From assembly GCF_036264965.1 (NCBI RefSeq), contig NZ_DATAPY010000024.1, positions 5,926-69,925 of the forward strand: 64,000 nt of DNA, read 5' to 3'. Below, in pieces: positions 47,965 to 56,895 of the stretch (positions within the stretch are counted from its first letter, which is position 1; every line of letters starts with the position of its first letter). The position numbers were made by a program, and so were the translations under genes. This DNA comes from Phenylobacterium sp. (GTDB taxonomy: Bacteria > Pseudomonadota > Alphaproteobacteria > Caulobacterales > Caulobacteraceae). Below the pieces are notes generated by a model. It searched no databases, was not told the origin of the DNA, and worked only from the letters and a program-made list of their open reading frames with translations.

Positions 47965-49377
47965 ATGCGCGCTCGCCACCTCACGCTCGTCGCCCTGGCC
48001 CTGCTGGCCGCCTGCGCGAGCCCGGCGGCCAAGCCGCCCTTGCCGGCCCGCCTGCCGGTGGCGCCGCCAGCCGCCAATCCGCCGTCTGCGCCACCGGAGG
48101 CCGCGCCGCCGGGAGCGCAGGCCCCAACTGTCGGTCCCGTGACGCCGCCGGCGGTGTCCGGCGACATGGTCTTCGACGCCTGGGCCGCGGAGTTCTACGT
48201 CAAGGCGGTGAAGGCGGGCATTCCGCGCGACGTGCTGGACCGGGAGATGGCCGGCGTGACGCCCGATCCGCGCGTCACCCAGCGCGACAGCCGCCAGCCC
48301 GAGTTCTCCCAGCCGATCTCCACCTACATCAAGGGCGCGGTGACCGAGGGTGCGGCGGCCAAGGGTGGGCATGAGCGGGCCGACGTGCCGCAACTGGCCG
48401 ACATCGAGCAGCGCTTTGGCGTGCCGCGGGAAATCCTGATCGCCATCTGGGCGCGGGAAAGCGCTTTCGGGGCGATCCAGGGCGACTTCGACGTGGTGCG
48501 CTCTATGGCGTCCCTGGCCGCCCAGGGCCGCCGGCGTGATTGGGCGGAGGGCGAGCTGATCGCCGCACTCCGGATCATCGCCACCGGCCAGGCCAGCCGT
48601 GCGCAGCTGAAGGGATCCTGGGCCGGCGCCATGGGCCAGACCCAGTTCATCCCCTCGGCCTACCTCTCTACCGCCGTGGATGGCGATGGCGACGGCAAGC
48701 GCGACATCTGGAACTCGGCGGCCGATTCCCTGGCCTCGGCGGCGAACCTGCTGGCCAAGGGCGGCTGGACGCGCGGCCAGAGCTGGGCGCGGGAGGTCAC
48801 CGCGCCCATAGACTTCGACTTCAGCATGACCGAGGGGCCGAAGCTGGCGCCGGACGCCTGGGCCGCGTTGGGCGTCGTGCGCGCCGATGGCCTGCCTTGG
48901 TCCGATGCGGACAAAACGGCTGAGGCGCAGCTGGTCGCGCCGGCCGGCGCCTCGGGGCCGCTCTTCCTCTTGTTCCCGAACCACTTCGTGATCCGCAAGT
49001 ACAACAACTCGGTGGCCTATGCGCTCGCCGTCGGCCTGCTGGCCGACCGGATTGCCGGAGAGGCGTCTCTGGTCAGGCCCTGGCCGGCCGAGACGCCGCT
49101 GTCGCTTACGGACCGGATGACGGCGCAGCGGGCGCTGGCGGCGCTGGGCTTCAACGCCGGGCAGCCGGACGGGATCGTCGGCGCCGGCACCCGCACGGCG
49201 CTCCGGGCCTGGCAGAAGGCGCGCGGCCTGACGGCGGACGGCTACCTGTCGCTGGCCATGGTTCAGCGGTTGAAGACCGAGGCCGGGGCGACCGACCTGC
49301 CGGCGCTGCCCACTCCGGCGGCGCCGCCCACTCCGGCGGCTTCGCCCGCTCAGGCGGCCGAGACGCCCCCGACCTAG
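47965..49377 (+). CDS. Lytic murein transglycosylase (SLT_2/MltB-type) lipoprotein with peptidoglycan-binding domain
   Basis: Lipobox LLAAC, AIWARESAFG, GSWAGAMGQTQFIPS, YNNS and QRALAALGF..DGIVGAGTR. Confidence 0.93.
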   Translation: MRARHLTLVALALLAACASPAAKPPLPARLPVAPPAANPPSAPPEAAPPGAQAPTVGPVTPPAVSGDMVFDAWAAEFYVKAVKAGIPRDVLDREMAGVTPDPRVTQRDSRQPEFSQPISTYIKGAVTEGAAAKGGHERADVPQLADIEQRFGVPREILIAIWARESAFGAIQGDFDVVRSMASLAAQGRRRDWAEGELIAALRIIATGQASRAQLKGSWAGAMGQTQFIPSAYLSTAVDGDGDGKRDIWNSAADSLASAANLLAKGGWTRGQSWAREVTAPIDFDFSMTEGPKLAPDAWAALGVVRADGLPWSDADKTAEAQLVAPAGASGPLFLLFPNHFVIRKYNNSVAYALAVGLLADRIAGEASLVRPWPAETPLSLTDRMTAQRALAALGFNAGQPDGIVGAGTRTALRAWQKARGLTADGYLSLAMVQRLKTEAGATDLPALPTPAAPPTPAASPAQAAETPPT

Positions 49378-49388
49378 GTGTTGGCGAC

Positions 49389-50714
49389 CTAGACGCCGCC
49401 TTCGTCGCTGCGCTCGATGGTGGCCATGGTCGTCTCTTCGCGGGTGACGGCGGCCGGGTCGGCGTTGCGCAGGGCCTTGTTGGCGAAGGCGTAGACCAGC
49501 AGGCCCAGCATCAGGACCATGTTGAGGAAGAAGGGCGCGGCGTGGTTGGCGCGGTAGAGCGCCATGAAGGCGGGCGCGAAGACCGCGTTGATGCCGTTCA
49601 CCGCCGCGATGGCGCCAGCCACGCGGGCCTGGTCCTTCCAGCCCACCGCCAGGGAAGAGCCCGCGGTGAAGCCCGGCCGCGCGAAACCGAAGCCGAGGCT
49701 GGCCAGCGCATAGCCCGCGACCACCGTGTGATAGTCCGGCGCGATCGCCACTAGCAGGTTGCCGCCGGCCCCGCAGACCACGCCCCAACGCAAAAGCTGC
49801 TTGGGCGTCATCTCGAACATCCGGATCAAGCCCCACTGGGCGAGCAGGCCCGCGATGGCGCCGAAGGCCATGGCCATGGCGATGGAGTCCTTGGCCATCA
49901 GCGGCGAGACGCCCAGCTTGTCGATCACCAGGAAGCCGATGGTCTGCTGCTGGGCCGTCTGGCAGGTCGCGACCACGAAGCCGTAGAAGGCGAACGGCGC
50001 CACGCGCGGATCGCGCCACATGGGCAGCGCCTTCTCCACCGTCTGCTCGGCCGAGGCCTCGGCGGCCTCCTCTGGCGTCTCGGTGCGGCGCCTGCTCTCG
50101 GGCAGGAAACGCCAGACCACGAACAGCATCGCCGCGGCGATGGCCGCGAAGGTGAAGAGCGGCCCGGCCAGCCCGACCACCGGGTAGATGAAATAGGGCG
50201 CGAACCACGGCCCGAAGACGGTGCCCAGGCCAAAGGCCCCGGCCAGGCTCGCCATGGCCTGGGTGCGTTGATCGCGCGGCGTATGGTCGGCGACATAGGC
50301 CTGGTTGGCCGGATTGGAGGCCGCGCCGAACAGACCGAACAGCGAGCGGCCGAGCAGCAACAGGCCGAAGATCACCATGGGCGCGGCCATCTGGCGCAGG
50401 CCCGCGCTGACCACCGCGCCGCAGACGGTCATCGAGATCATGAAGCCCGACAGGCCGACCATCATCAGGGGCTTGCGGCCATAGCGATCCGAGGCTCGCG
50501 CCCAGAACGGCGAGGAGCAGGCCCACAGGATCGCCGACAGCGAGAAGATCGCCACCACCATCTCGTCGGGAATCTTCAGCGAGCGGCCGATCAGCGGCAG
50601 GACGGAGATCAGGCCGGTATTGCCGATCGCCGTCGCCACGGAGGAGCAGAAGATGATCGCGAAGGCGCGCTTGGGCAGGGTGCTCTGGGCGGAGCTGGCG
50701 AGGGCGTTGGCCAT
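49389..50714 (-). CDS. MFS transporter (TetA/DHA1-like)
   Basis: WARASDRYGRKP motif A, GRSLFGLFGA and ANQAYVAD. About 12 TM segments. Confidence 0.9.
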   Translation of the reverse strand: MANALASSAQSTLPKRAFAIIFCSSVATAIGNTGLISVLPLIGRSLKIPDEMVVAIFSLSAILWACSSPFWARASDRYGRKPLMMVGLSGFMISMTVCGAVVSAGLRQMAAPMVIFGLLLLGRSLFGLFGAASNPANQAYVADHTPRDQRTQAMASLAGAFGLGTVFGPWFAPYFIYPVVGLAGPLFTFAAIAAAMLFVVWRFLPESRRRTETPEEAAEASAEQTVEKALPMWRDPRVAPFAFYGFVVATCQTAQQQTIGFLVIDKLGVSPLMAKDSIAMAMAFGAIAGLLAQWGLIRMFEMTPKQLLRWGVVCGAGGNLLVAIAPDYHTVVAGYALASLGFGFARPGFTAGSSLAVGWKDQARVAGAIAAVNGINAVFAPAFMALYRANHAAPFFLNMVLMLGLLVYAFANKALRNADPAAVTREETTMATIERSDEGGV

Positions 50715-50823
50715 GGTCCGGGCTTAAGCATGGGTGCGCCGCAGCGCAAATCCCGGCCCCGATCACTGCCCATTAATGAATAACCGCGATGTTTCATCTT
50801 GGCGTCGCGGGAGGGAGAATCCC

Positions 50824-51699
50824 TTGTTCCAAATTATCGGCATCGTGGTGCTGTTCGGCTGCGTGTTCGGCAGCTTCATCATGTCCGGCGGCAATATTGC
50901 GGTCATCCTGGGAGCGCTGCCATTCGAGATGCTGACGATTGGCGGGGCCGGCGTAGCCGCCGTGCTGACCGCCAACTCCGTGGCTGTGCTCAAGGGCCTG
51001 GGCGGCGGCTTCGGCAAGGTCTTCAAGGGCCCGAGTTGGAAGTCCTCCGACTACCGCGACCTCCTGAGCCTGCTCTTCCTGCTGACCAAGACCATGAAAT
51101 CCAAGGGCGTGATCGCCCTGGAGAGCCACATCGAAACGCCCAAGGAGAGTTCGATCTTCTCGCGCTATCCGAGGATCATGAAGGACCACTTCGCCATCGA
51201 CTTCATCTGCGACACCCTGCGGATGATGACCATGAACCTGGAAGACCCGCACCAGGTCGAGGACGCGATGGAGACCCAGCTCGAGAAGCATCACCATGAG
51301 GCGCTGACCGCGCCCCACGCGCTCACCAACCTCGCCGACGCCCTGCCCGCCCTGGGCATCGTCGCCGCGGTGCTGGGGGTCATCAAGACCATGGGCGCGA
51401 TCACCGAGCCGCCGGCCGTGCTGGGTGAGATGATCGGCTCGGCCCTGGTCGGCACCTTCCTGGGCGTGTTCCTGGCCTATGGCCTGGTGGGGCCCATGGC
51501 CACGCGCATGGCCGCGGTGATCGAGGAGGACGGCTCGTTCTACAAGATCATCCAGTCGGTGCTGGTGGCGCACCTGCACGGCAACGCCGCCCAGATCTCC
51601 GTCGAGATCGGCCGCGGCAGCGTGCCCTCCGGGAACCAGCCCAGCTTCCTGGAGCTGGAAGAGGCCCTATCGGCCATCCCGGCCGAAGGCGCCGCCTAA
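50824..51699 (+). CDS. motA: Flagellar motor stator protein MotA
   Basis: MFQIIGIVVLFGCVFG, GVIALESHIE, DALPALGIVAAVLGVI, ALVGTFLGVFLAYG and ISVEIGR. RBS GGAGGGAG before TTG. Confidence 0.95.
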   Translation: MFQIIGIVVLFGCVFGSFIMSGGNIAVILGALPFEMLTIGGAGVAAVLTANSVAVLKGLGGGFGKVFKGPSWKSSDYRDLLSLLFLLTKTMKSKGVIALESHIETPKESSIFSRYPRIMKDHFAIDFICDTLRMMTMNLEDPHQVEDAMETQLEKHHHEALTAPHALTNLADALPALGIVAAVLGVIKTMGAITEPPAVLGEMIGSALVGTFLGVFLAYGLVGPMATRMAAVIEEDGSFYKIIQSVLVAHLHGNAAQISVEIGRGSVPSGNQPSFLELEEALSAIPAEGAA

Positions 51700-51861
51700 G
51701 GCCCGATCCCACGCCGGGCGAAACGGCCCGCCGGTCCCACCAAGTCGTCATCACGAGAACGTGAGGCCGGTGTCGCCGACTCGGCAAAGCAGCTCATAGT
51801 TGGCTCAAGCGCGGCTCTCGCGAGGCGCGCGCCGACGTGACGCTCTCGAGGACGCAAGCCC

Positions 51862-52137
51862 ATGAACCCGCCCCTGCTCAGCAAGCTCCTGGTCGCCGGC
51901 GCCGCCGTCGCGGCCCTCTCGGTCGCCGCCTGCTCGCCCAAGACCCCCAAGGCCGAAGCCACGGCCACGCCGGCGTCCGGCGCCTCCGCGGCCGCCGCCG
52001 CTGAGGCGGCCCAGAGCGCGGCTGCGGCCGCCGCCGACGCCGCCGCTGACGCCAACAAGGCCGACGCCGCCGCCACGCCGCCGGCCGTGACCCCGCCGGC
52101 CGCGGACGCCCCGGCGACGCCGCCGCCGAAGAAGTAG
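51862..52137 (+). CDS. Small Ala/Pro-rich lipoprotein
   Basis: Lipobox VAAC, low-complexity body, GAGG RBS and a downstream terminator. Confidence 0.75.
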   Translation: MNPPLLSKLLVAGAAVAALSVAACSPKTPKAEATATPASGASAAAAAEAAQSAAAAAADAAADANKADAAATPPAVTPPAADAPATPPPKK

Positions 52138-52164
52138 GACCCCGTCCGGCGACGGACGCAGACG

Positions 52165-52192
52165 AGGGCCGTCCCGCGGGGCGGCCCTTTTT
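52165..52192 (+). terminator. Intrinsic terminator
   Basis: AGGGCCGTCC-cgcg-GGGCGGCCCT then TTTT. Confidence 0.8.
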
Positions 52193-52219
52193 CGCGCCCG
52201 CCGCTATATCCTGCCCGCC

Positions 52220-54016
52220 ATGGCCGATCCGCCCGCCAACAGCCCGCTCGACTGGAGCGACGACGGCCAGCCGCGCTCGCGGCTCTATGACGACGTCTAT
52301 TTCTCCGCTGAGGACGGCCTGGCGGAGGCTCGCGCGGTGTTCCTGGATGGCTGCGGCCTGCCGCAGGCCTGGGCCGGGCGGAGCCGGTTTACCGTCGCCG
52401 AGCTGGGGTTCGGGACGGGGTTGAACGTCCTGGCGCTCATCGAACTCTGGGGTCGTACGCGACCGGCCCACGGGCGCCTGCACATCTTCTCGATCGAGGC
52501 CCATCCGATCACCGCCGAGGACGCCCGCCGCGCGCTGGCGCATTGGCCGGAGCTGGCCGGCCTGGCGGATCGCCTGACCGCCCGGTGGCCGGGTCAGGCG
52601 CGGGGCGGCCATCGGGTCGAGTTCGCCGACCTGGGCGTGATCCTCGACGTCGTCGTGGCGGACGTGGAGGCGGCCCTGGCCGGCTGGTCCGGCCGGGCGG
52701 ACGCCTGGTTCCTCGACGGCTTCGCCCCGGCCCGCAATCCGGCCATGTGGCGAGACGAGATCCTGGCCCTGGTCGCCGCCCGCTCGGCGCCGGGGGCCGT
52801 GGCCGCCACCTTCACGGTCGCGGGCCAGGTGCGGCGTGGCCTGGCCGTCGCCGGCTTCGCGGTGGCCAAGGCGCCGGGTTTCGGGCGCAAGCGCGAACGG
52901 CTGACGGCGGAGTTGCCTGGGCGTGCGCCCTCAACGGTCGCCGCACGACGGGTGGCGATTGTCGGAGCCGGGATCGCCGGCGCCTCGGCGGCCCGCGCGG
53001 TGCGGGCCCTGGGCGGCGAGGCCCTGGTGTTCGACGCCGAAGGCGCCGGCGCCGGCGCCTCGGGCAATCCGGCCGCCCTGGTGACGCCGCGTCTCGACGC
53101 CGGCCTCGCCGAGCCCGCCCAGTTGTTCGCCCAGGCCTTCCGGCGCGCCATCGCGCTCTATGAGCAGCAGCCTGCGATCATCGTCAGTCGTGGCGCCCTG
53201 CAACTCGCCACCCAGCCCCGCGACGCCGCCCGTTTCGCCAAGGTCGCCGGCTCGGACCTCTTCGCGCCCGGCGCGCTGCGGATCCTGTCCGCCGAGGAAA
53301 CCACCGCCCAACTCGGCGAGGACGCGCCCGAAGGCGTGGCGCACCGCGACGGCCTGGTGATCGAGCCCGCCGCCCTGCTGGCCGCCTGGGCGCCACAGGT
53401 CCGCCAGGTGGCGGTCGCGCGGATCGAGTGCGCCGGCGAGGGCTGGCGGCTGCTCGACGCGGACGGTGCGGTCCTGGCGCAGGCCGATGCGGTGATCGTA
53501 GCCGCCGGCCTGGCGTCCCTCGATCTGATCGAGGGCCTGCCGCTCAGCGCCGTGCGCGGCCAGGCGAGCTTCACTCAATTCGCCGACCCACCGCCGGCCG
53601 CGGCCTTTGGCGGCTATGCGATCCCCACACGCGGCGGGGTGCTGTTCGGCGCCACCAACGACCGGGACGATGTCGCCCGCGACGTCCGCGCCGAAGACCA
53701 CGCCCGCAACCTCGCCGCCCTGGCGGAAGGCCTGCCGATGCTGGCCGCGCGGCTGGGCGGCAAGCCGTTGGAAGGCCGCGCCTCGATCCGCGTCGCCACG
53801 CCGGACTACCTGCCGGTGGCCGGCGCCGCGCCCAAGGCGGCCGCGGGTCTGTTCGTGCTGAGCGGCTTCAGCGCCCGGGGGTTTACCCTGGCCCCGCTGC
53901 TGGCCGAGCATGTGGCGGCCCTGGCCCTTCGCGCGCCTTCGCCGCTGCCGGAAACCCTGGCCGCGGCCGTCGAACCCGGCCGCTTCGCCCGGCGGGCCGC
54001 GCGACGGGGTTCCTAG
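52220..54016 (+). CDS. mnmC: Bifunctional tRNA mnm5s2U34 methyltransferase/FAD oxidoreductase
   Basis: DDVYFSAEDGLAEARAVFL, ELGFGTGLN, DAWFLDGFAPARNPAMW, GAGIAGA FAD motif and GASGNP. Confidence 0.95.
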   Translation: MADPPANSPLDWSDDGQPRSRLYDDVYFSAEDGLAEARAVFLDGCGLPQAWAGRSRFTVAELGFGTGLNVLALIELWGRTRPAHGRLHIFSIEAHPITAEDARRALAHWPELAGLADRLTARWPGQARGGHRVEFADLGVILDVVVADVEAALAGWSGRADAWFLDGFAPARNPAMWRDEILALVAARSAPGAVAATFTVAGQVRRGLAVAGFAVAKAPGFGRKRERLTAELPGRAPSTVAARRVAIVGAGIAGASAARAVRALGGEALVFDAEGAGAGASGNPAALVTPRLDAGLAEPAQLFAQAFRRAIALYEQQPAIIVSRGALQLATQPRDAARFAKVAGSDLFAPGALRILSAEETTAQLGEDAPEGVAHRDGLVIEPAALLAAWAPQVRQVAVARIECAGEGWRLLDADGAVLAQADAVIVAAGLASLDLIEGLPLSAVRGQASFTQFADPPPAAAFGGYAIPTRGGVLFGATNDRDDVARDVRAEDHARNLAALAEGLPMLAARLGGKPLEGRASIRVATPDYLPVAGAAPKAAAGLFVLSGFSARGFTLAPLLAEHVAALALRAPSPLPETLAAAVEPGRFARRAARRGS

Positions 54017-54077
54017 GCAACCAAGCTTGACCTCTGTAGGTTGAGATGGGGGACGGTCTTTCGTGAGGATTCGACCG

Positions 54078-54488
54078 ATGAAGACAGCCACCGCCATAGC
54101 CCTCGCCGCCGCCGCGTCGCTGACCCTGTCCGCCATAGCCGCCAACGCCCAGGACAAACCCACCAACAAGCCCGCCAGCAAGAACGAATGCTTCTGGTCG
54201 CGCAACGTCACCAGCTTCGCCGCGCCGGACGACCATACGGTCTACATCAAGGTCAACCTGCGCGACGTCTACCGACTGGACCTGATGGTCTCCTGCCCCG
54301 ATGTCGACTGGAATCAACGGGTCGCGCTTGTCTCAAGCCGTGGCGCGGGTGGCAGTATCTGCGGCCCGCTGGACGCCGAGATCGTCAGCCACGCCCAGGG
54401 GTTGGGCCGTCAACGCTGCCCGGTGAAGGCCATGCGCAAGCTGACGCCGGAAGAGATCGCCGCGCTTCCGAAGCGGGCGAAGCCCTAG
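54078..54488 (+). CDS. Secreted DUF6491-like protein
   Basis: Signal peptide, four cysteines (ECF..SCP..SIC..RCPV), typical Caulobacterales small periplasmic protein. Confidence 0.75.
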   Translation: MKTATAIALAAAASLTLSAIAANAQDKPTNKPASKNECFWSRNVTSFAAPDDHTVYIKVNLRDVYRLDLMVSCPDVDWNQRVALVSSRGAGGSICGPLDAEIVSHAQGLGRQRCPVKAMRKLTPEEIAALPKRAKP

Positions 54489-55261
54489 GGACCGACCGCC
54501 GTTCGCGCCTCGGTAACGGGCGGTGGCGCGCCCGGCTCGGGCAGGAACGGCCAGATGAGAGCCTGGACGAGGGTCTCCGGCCGGTGTTCGAGGCCGGTCG
54601 GCGGGAACACCGCGGCCGGCCGGTAGCTGCCCAGGATCACGTCGAAGATCGGGAACAGGGCGGCGAAGTTCGCGCCGTGGTGCGCCGGGTCGCTGGAGTG
54701 ATGGGTGCGATGATAGGACGGCGAATTGAGCAGCCAACTCAGCCGCCCAAAGCTGACCCGCAGGTTCGCGTGGCTGAAATAGTTATAGACGGCGAGTACG
54801 CCATAGACCGCCAGGGTCGTGACCGAGGGACGGAACAGGATCGCGACCGCCGGCCAGATGGTCAGCGCCTTGATCACGCTATCGCCCCACCAGTGCCGGT
54901 CTGTCGTGGTGGCGTTCATGCAGGGGTCGGAATGGTGGAGCGAATGCATCCGCCAGAGGAACGGGACCGCGTGCTGGGCCCGGTGGAACATGTACTCGCC
55001 GAAGTCGCCGGCCAGGATATAGGCCGCGGTCGCCGCCAGAGGCGGCCAGGCCGGGCTCGTGATGGCGGGAACGCCCAGATGATCGGCGATCCTCACGACG
55101 GCCGCCGAGACCACCGGCGACAGAAAGACTGAAGGGATCATCCGGGCGACCAGGATCGCGATGTTGAGCAGGCGCTGGCTCGGGTCCCGGCGGGCCGGGA
55201 AACGGCCCTCGAGCAGCGTCAGCGCCGCCAGGGCGAACGCCATGAGGAGCAGTCCCTGCAT
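54485..55261 (-). CDS. Sterol desaturase/fatty acid hydroxylase family protein
   Basis: Histidine boxes HRAQH, HSLHHS, H and HRTHH, plus NFAALFPIFDVILGSY. Confidence 0.9.
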   Translation of the reverse strand: MQGLLLMAFALAALTLLEGRFPARRDPSQRLLNIAILVARMIPSVFLSPVVSAAVVRIADHLGVPAITSPAWPPLAATAAYILAGDFGEYMFHRAQHAVPFLWRMHSLHHSDPCMNATTTDRHWWGDSVIKALTIWPAVAILFRPSVTTLAVYGVLAVYNYFSHANLRVSFGRLSWLLNSPSYHRTHHSSDPAHHGANFAALFPIFDVILGSYRPAAVFPPTGLEHRPETLVQALIWPFLPEPGAPPPVTEARTAVGP

Positions 55262-55343
55262 CGGCCTCAAGTCCTCGCGACGGACACAGGCGCGCCCATC
55301 GCCCGCGAACGCGGACGACCTTGGCCGGCTGTCTGAAAGGGGA

Positions 55344-55418
55344 TGGTGGACGTGACAGGGATCGAACCTGTGACCCCCTCGATGTCAACGAGGTGCTCTC
55401 CCGCTGAGCTACACGTCC
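55344..55418 (-). tRNA. tRNA-Val(GAC)
   Basis: GGACGTG acceptor stem, TAGCTCAG D arm, TTGACAT anticodon loop, GGTTCGATCCC T arm, encoded CCA. Confidence 0.98.
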
Positions 55419-55492
55419 TAACCGTCGTCTCGGGAAGGCGGGGATATACCGACGAGGCCCTTCCCACGCAAGCGCGAGAGGTGCGATGCATC

Positions 55493-55849
55493 TTAAGCCG
55501 CGATCATCCGCTCCACCTCGGAGACGATCTCGCGCAGGTGGATGGGCTTGGAGAGCACCTTGGCGCCGGCGGGCGCCTGGCTGCCGGCGGCCAGCGCCAC
55601 GGCGGCGAAGCCGGTGATGAACATGATCCGCAGCTCCGGGTGCAGAGCGGCGGCCTGGCGGGCCACTTCAATGCCGTCCATGCCGGGCATGACGATGTCG
55701 GTGAGCAGCAGGTCCCAGTCCTGATCCAGGATCGCGGCGGCCTCGTCGCCATCGGCGCAGGCCACGACCTCATAGCCGGCCCTTTCCAGCGCGCGCGCCA
55801 GGAAGCCGCGGAGGCTGTCGTCGTCTTCGGCCAGGAGGATACGGGGCAT
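55493..55849 (-). CDS. cpdR: Single-domain response regulator CpdR
   Basis: RILLAEDDDSLRGFL..DLLLTDIVMPGMDGIE..MFITGFAAVAL..LSKP. Lies between tRNA-Val and the N-formylglutamate amidohydrolase gene. Confidence 0.93.
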   Translation of the reverse strand: MPRILLAEDDDSLRGFLARALERAGYEVVACADGDEAAAILDQDWDLLLTDIVMPGMDGIEVARQAAALHPELRIMFITGFAAVALAAGSQAPAGAKVLSKPIHLREIVSEVERMIAA

Positions 55850-55969
55850 AGGCACTCTTGCGGCGCGAGCGGTGAGGGATCGTCAGGGAACACTCAACAT
55901 AGCTTCGGAACGGTAAAGGCGCGATGAAGCCTTTGACCCAACCCGAGGGTCAGCGTTCTATGTCGGGTA

Positions 55970-56875
55970 ATGAACGCCTGGGAGCCCATCGCCGTCGAGG
56001 ACACGCCCGCGGCCGGCGTGTTTGGCCTGCGCCGGGCGGCCCCTGACGGCCACGCGCCGCCCACGCCCCTGGTCTTCGCCTCGCCCCACTCGGGCCGCGA
56101 CTACCCTGACGACATGATGGCGGCCACGACGCTCGACGCCCAGGCGATCCGCCGTTCCGAGGACGCCTTCGTCGACGACCTGATCGCCGGTGCGCCGGAT
56201 CTGGGTGCGGCGACGCTGACCGCGCGCTTTGCCCGGGCCTACATCGACCTGAACCGCGAGGCCTTCGAGCTCGACCCGGGCATGTTCGAAGACGAACTGC
56301 CGGAATTCGCCCGCGCCCGGACCGCCCGCGTGGCCGCAGGCCTGGGCGCCATCGCCCGGGTGGTCTCCGAGGGGCAGGAAATCTATGCCCGCAAGCTCAC
56401 CTTTTCCGAGGCCCGCGGCCGCATCGAGGGCGCGCACCGGCCCTACCACGCCGCGCTGGAGCGGCTGGTCGGCGAGGCGCACAAGGCGCACGGCTTCGCG
56501 ATCCTGATCGACTGGCACTCCATGCCGGCCGCCGCGGCGCGGGCCGGCGGGCGCGACCGGCCCTGCGATATGGTGCTGGGCGACCGGTTCGGCGCGGCCT
56601 GCGCAGGGCTGCTCACCACCCGCGTCGAGCGTGAGTTGGAGGCCCTGGGCTACCGCGTGGCGCGCAACACGCCCTACGCCGGCGGCTACACCACCGAACA
56701 TTACGGCCGCCCGTCGCGGCGCACCCACGCGCTGCAGATCGAGATCAACCGCGGGCTCTATCTCGACGAGGCGACACTCACGCCCACAGCGGGCTTCGAG
56801 CGGCTGAAGGGCGATCTGGAGCGCCTGACGAGCGTGCTCGCCGCCGCGGACTGGGCGAGCCTGAGGGCGAGCTGA
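55970..56875 (+). CDS. N-formylglutamate amidohydrolase
   Basis: VFASPHSGRDYP, RRSEDAFVD, RAYIDLNRE, LIDWHSMP, NTPYAGGYTT and LQIEINR. Confidence 0.95.
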   Translation: MNAWEPIAVEDTPAAGVFGLRRAAPDGHAPPTPLVFASPHSGRDYPDDMMAATTLDAQAIRRSEDAFVDDLIAGAPDLGAATLTARFARAYIDLNREAFELDPGMFEDELPEFARARTARVAAGLGAIARVVSEGQEIYARKLTFSEARGRIEGAHRPYHAALERLVGEAHKAHGFAILIDWHSMPAAAARAGGRDRPCDMVLGDRFGAACAGLLTTRVERELEALGYRVARNTPYAGGYTTEHYGRPSRRTHALQIEINRGLYLDEATLTPTAGFERLKGDLERLTSVLAAADWASLRAS

Positions 56876-56895
56876 GGCATTCGCGAGACGCGGGC

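Noticed and set aside
47863-50766. 967-aa minus-strand ORF
   Set aside because: Off-frame over the MFS gene and antisense to the transglycosylase, with no protein-like composition.
50824-51699. motA without an adjacent motB
   Set aside because: Separated motA and motB is the known arrangement in Caulobacter, so it is not unusual.
55270-55344. Possible integration site at the tRNA-Val 3' end
   Set aside because: No integrase nearby and no duplicated tRNA 3' end found in the window.
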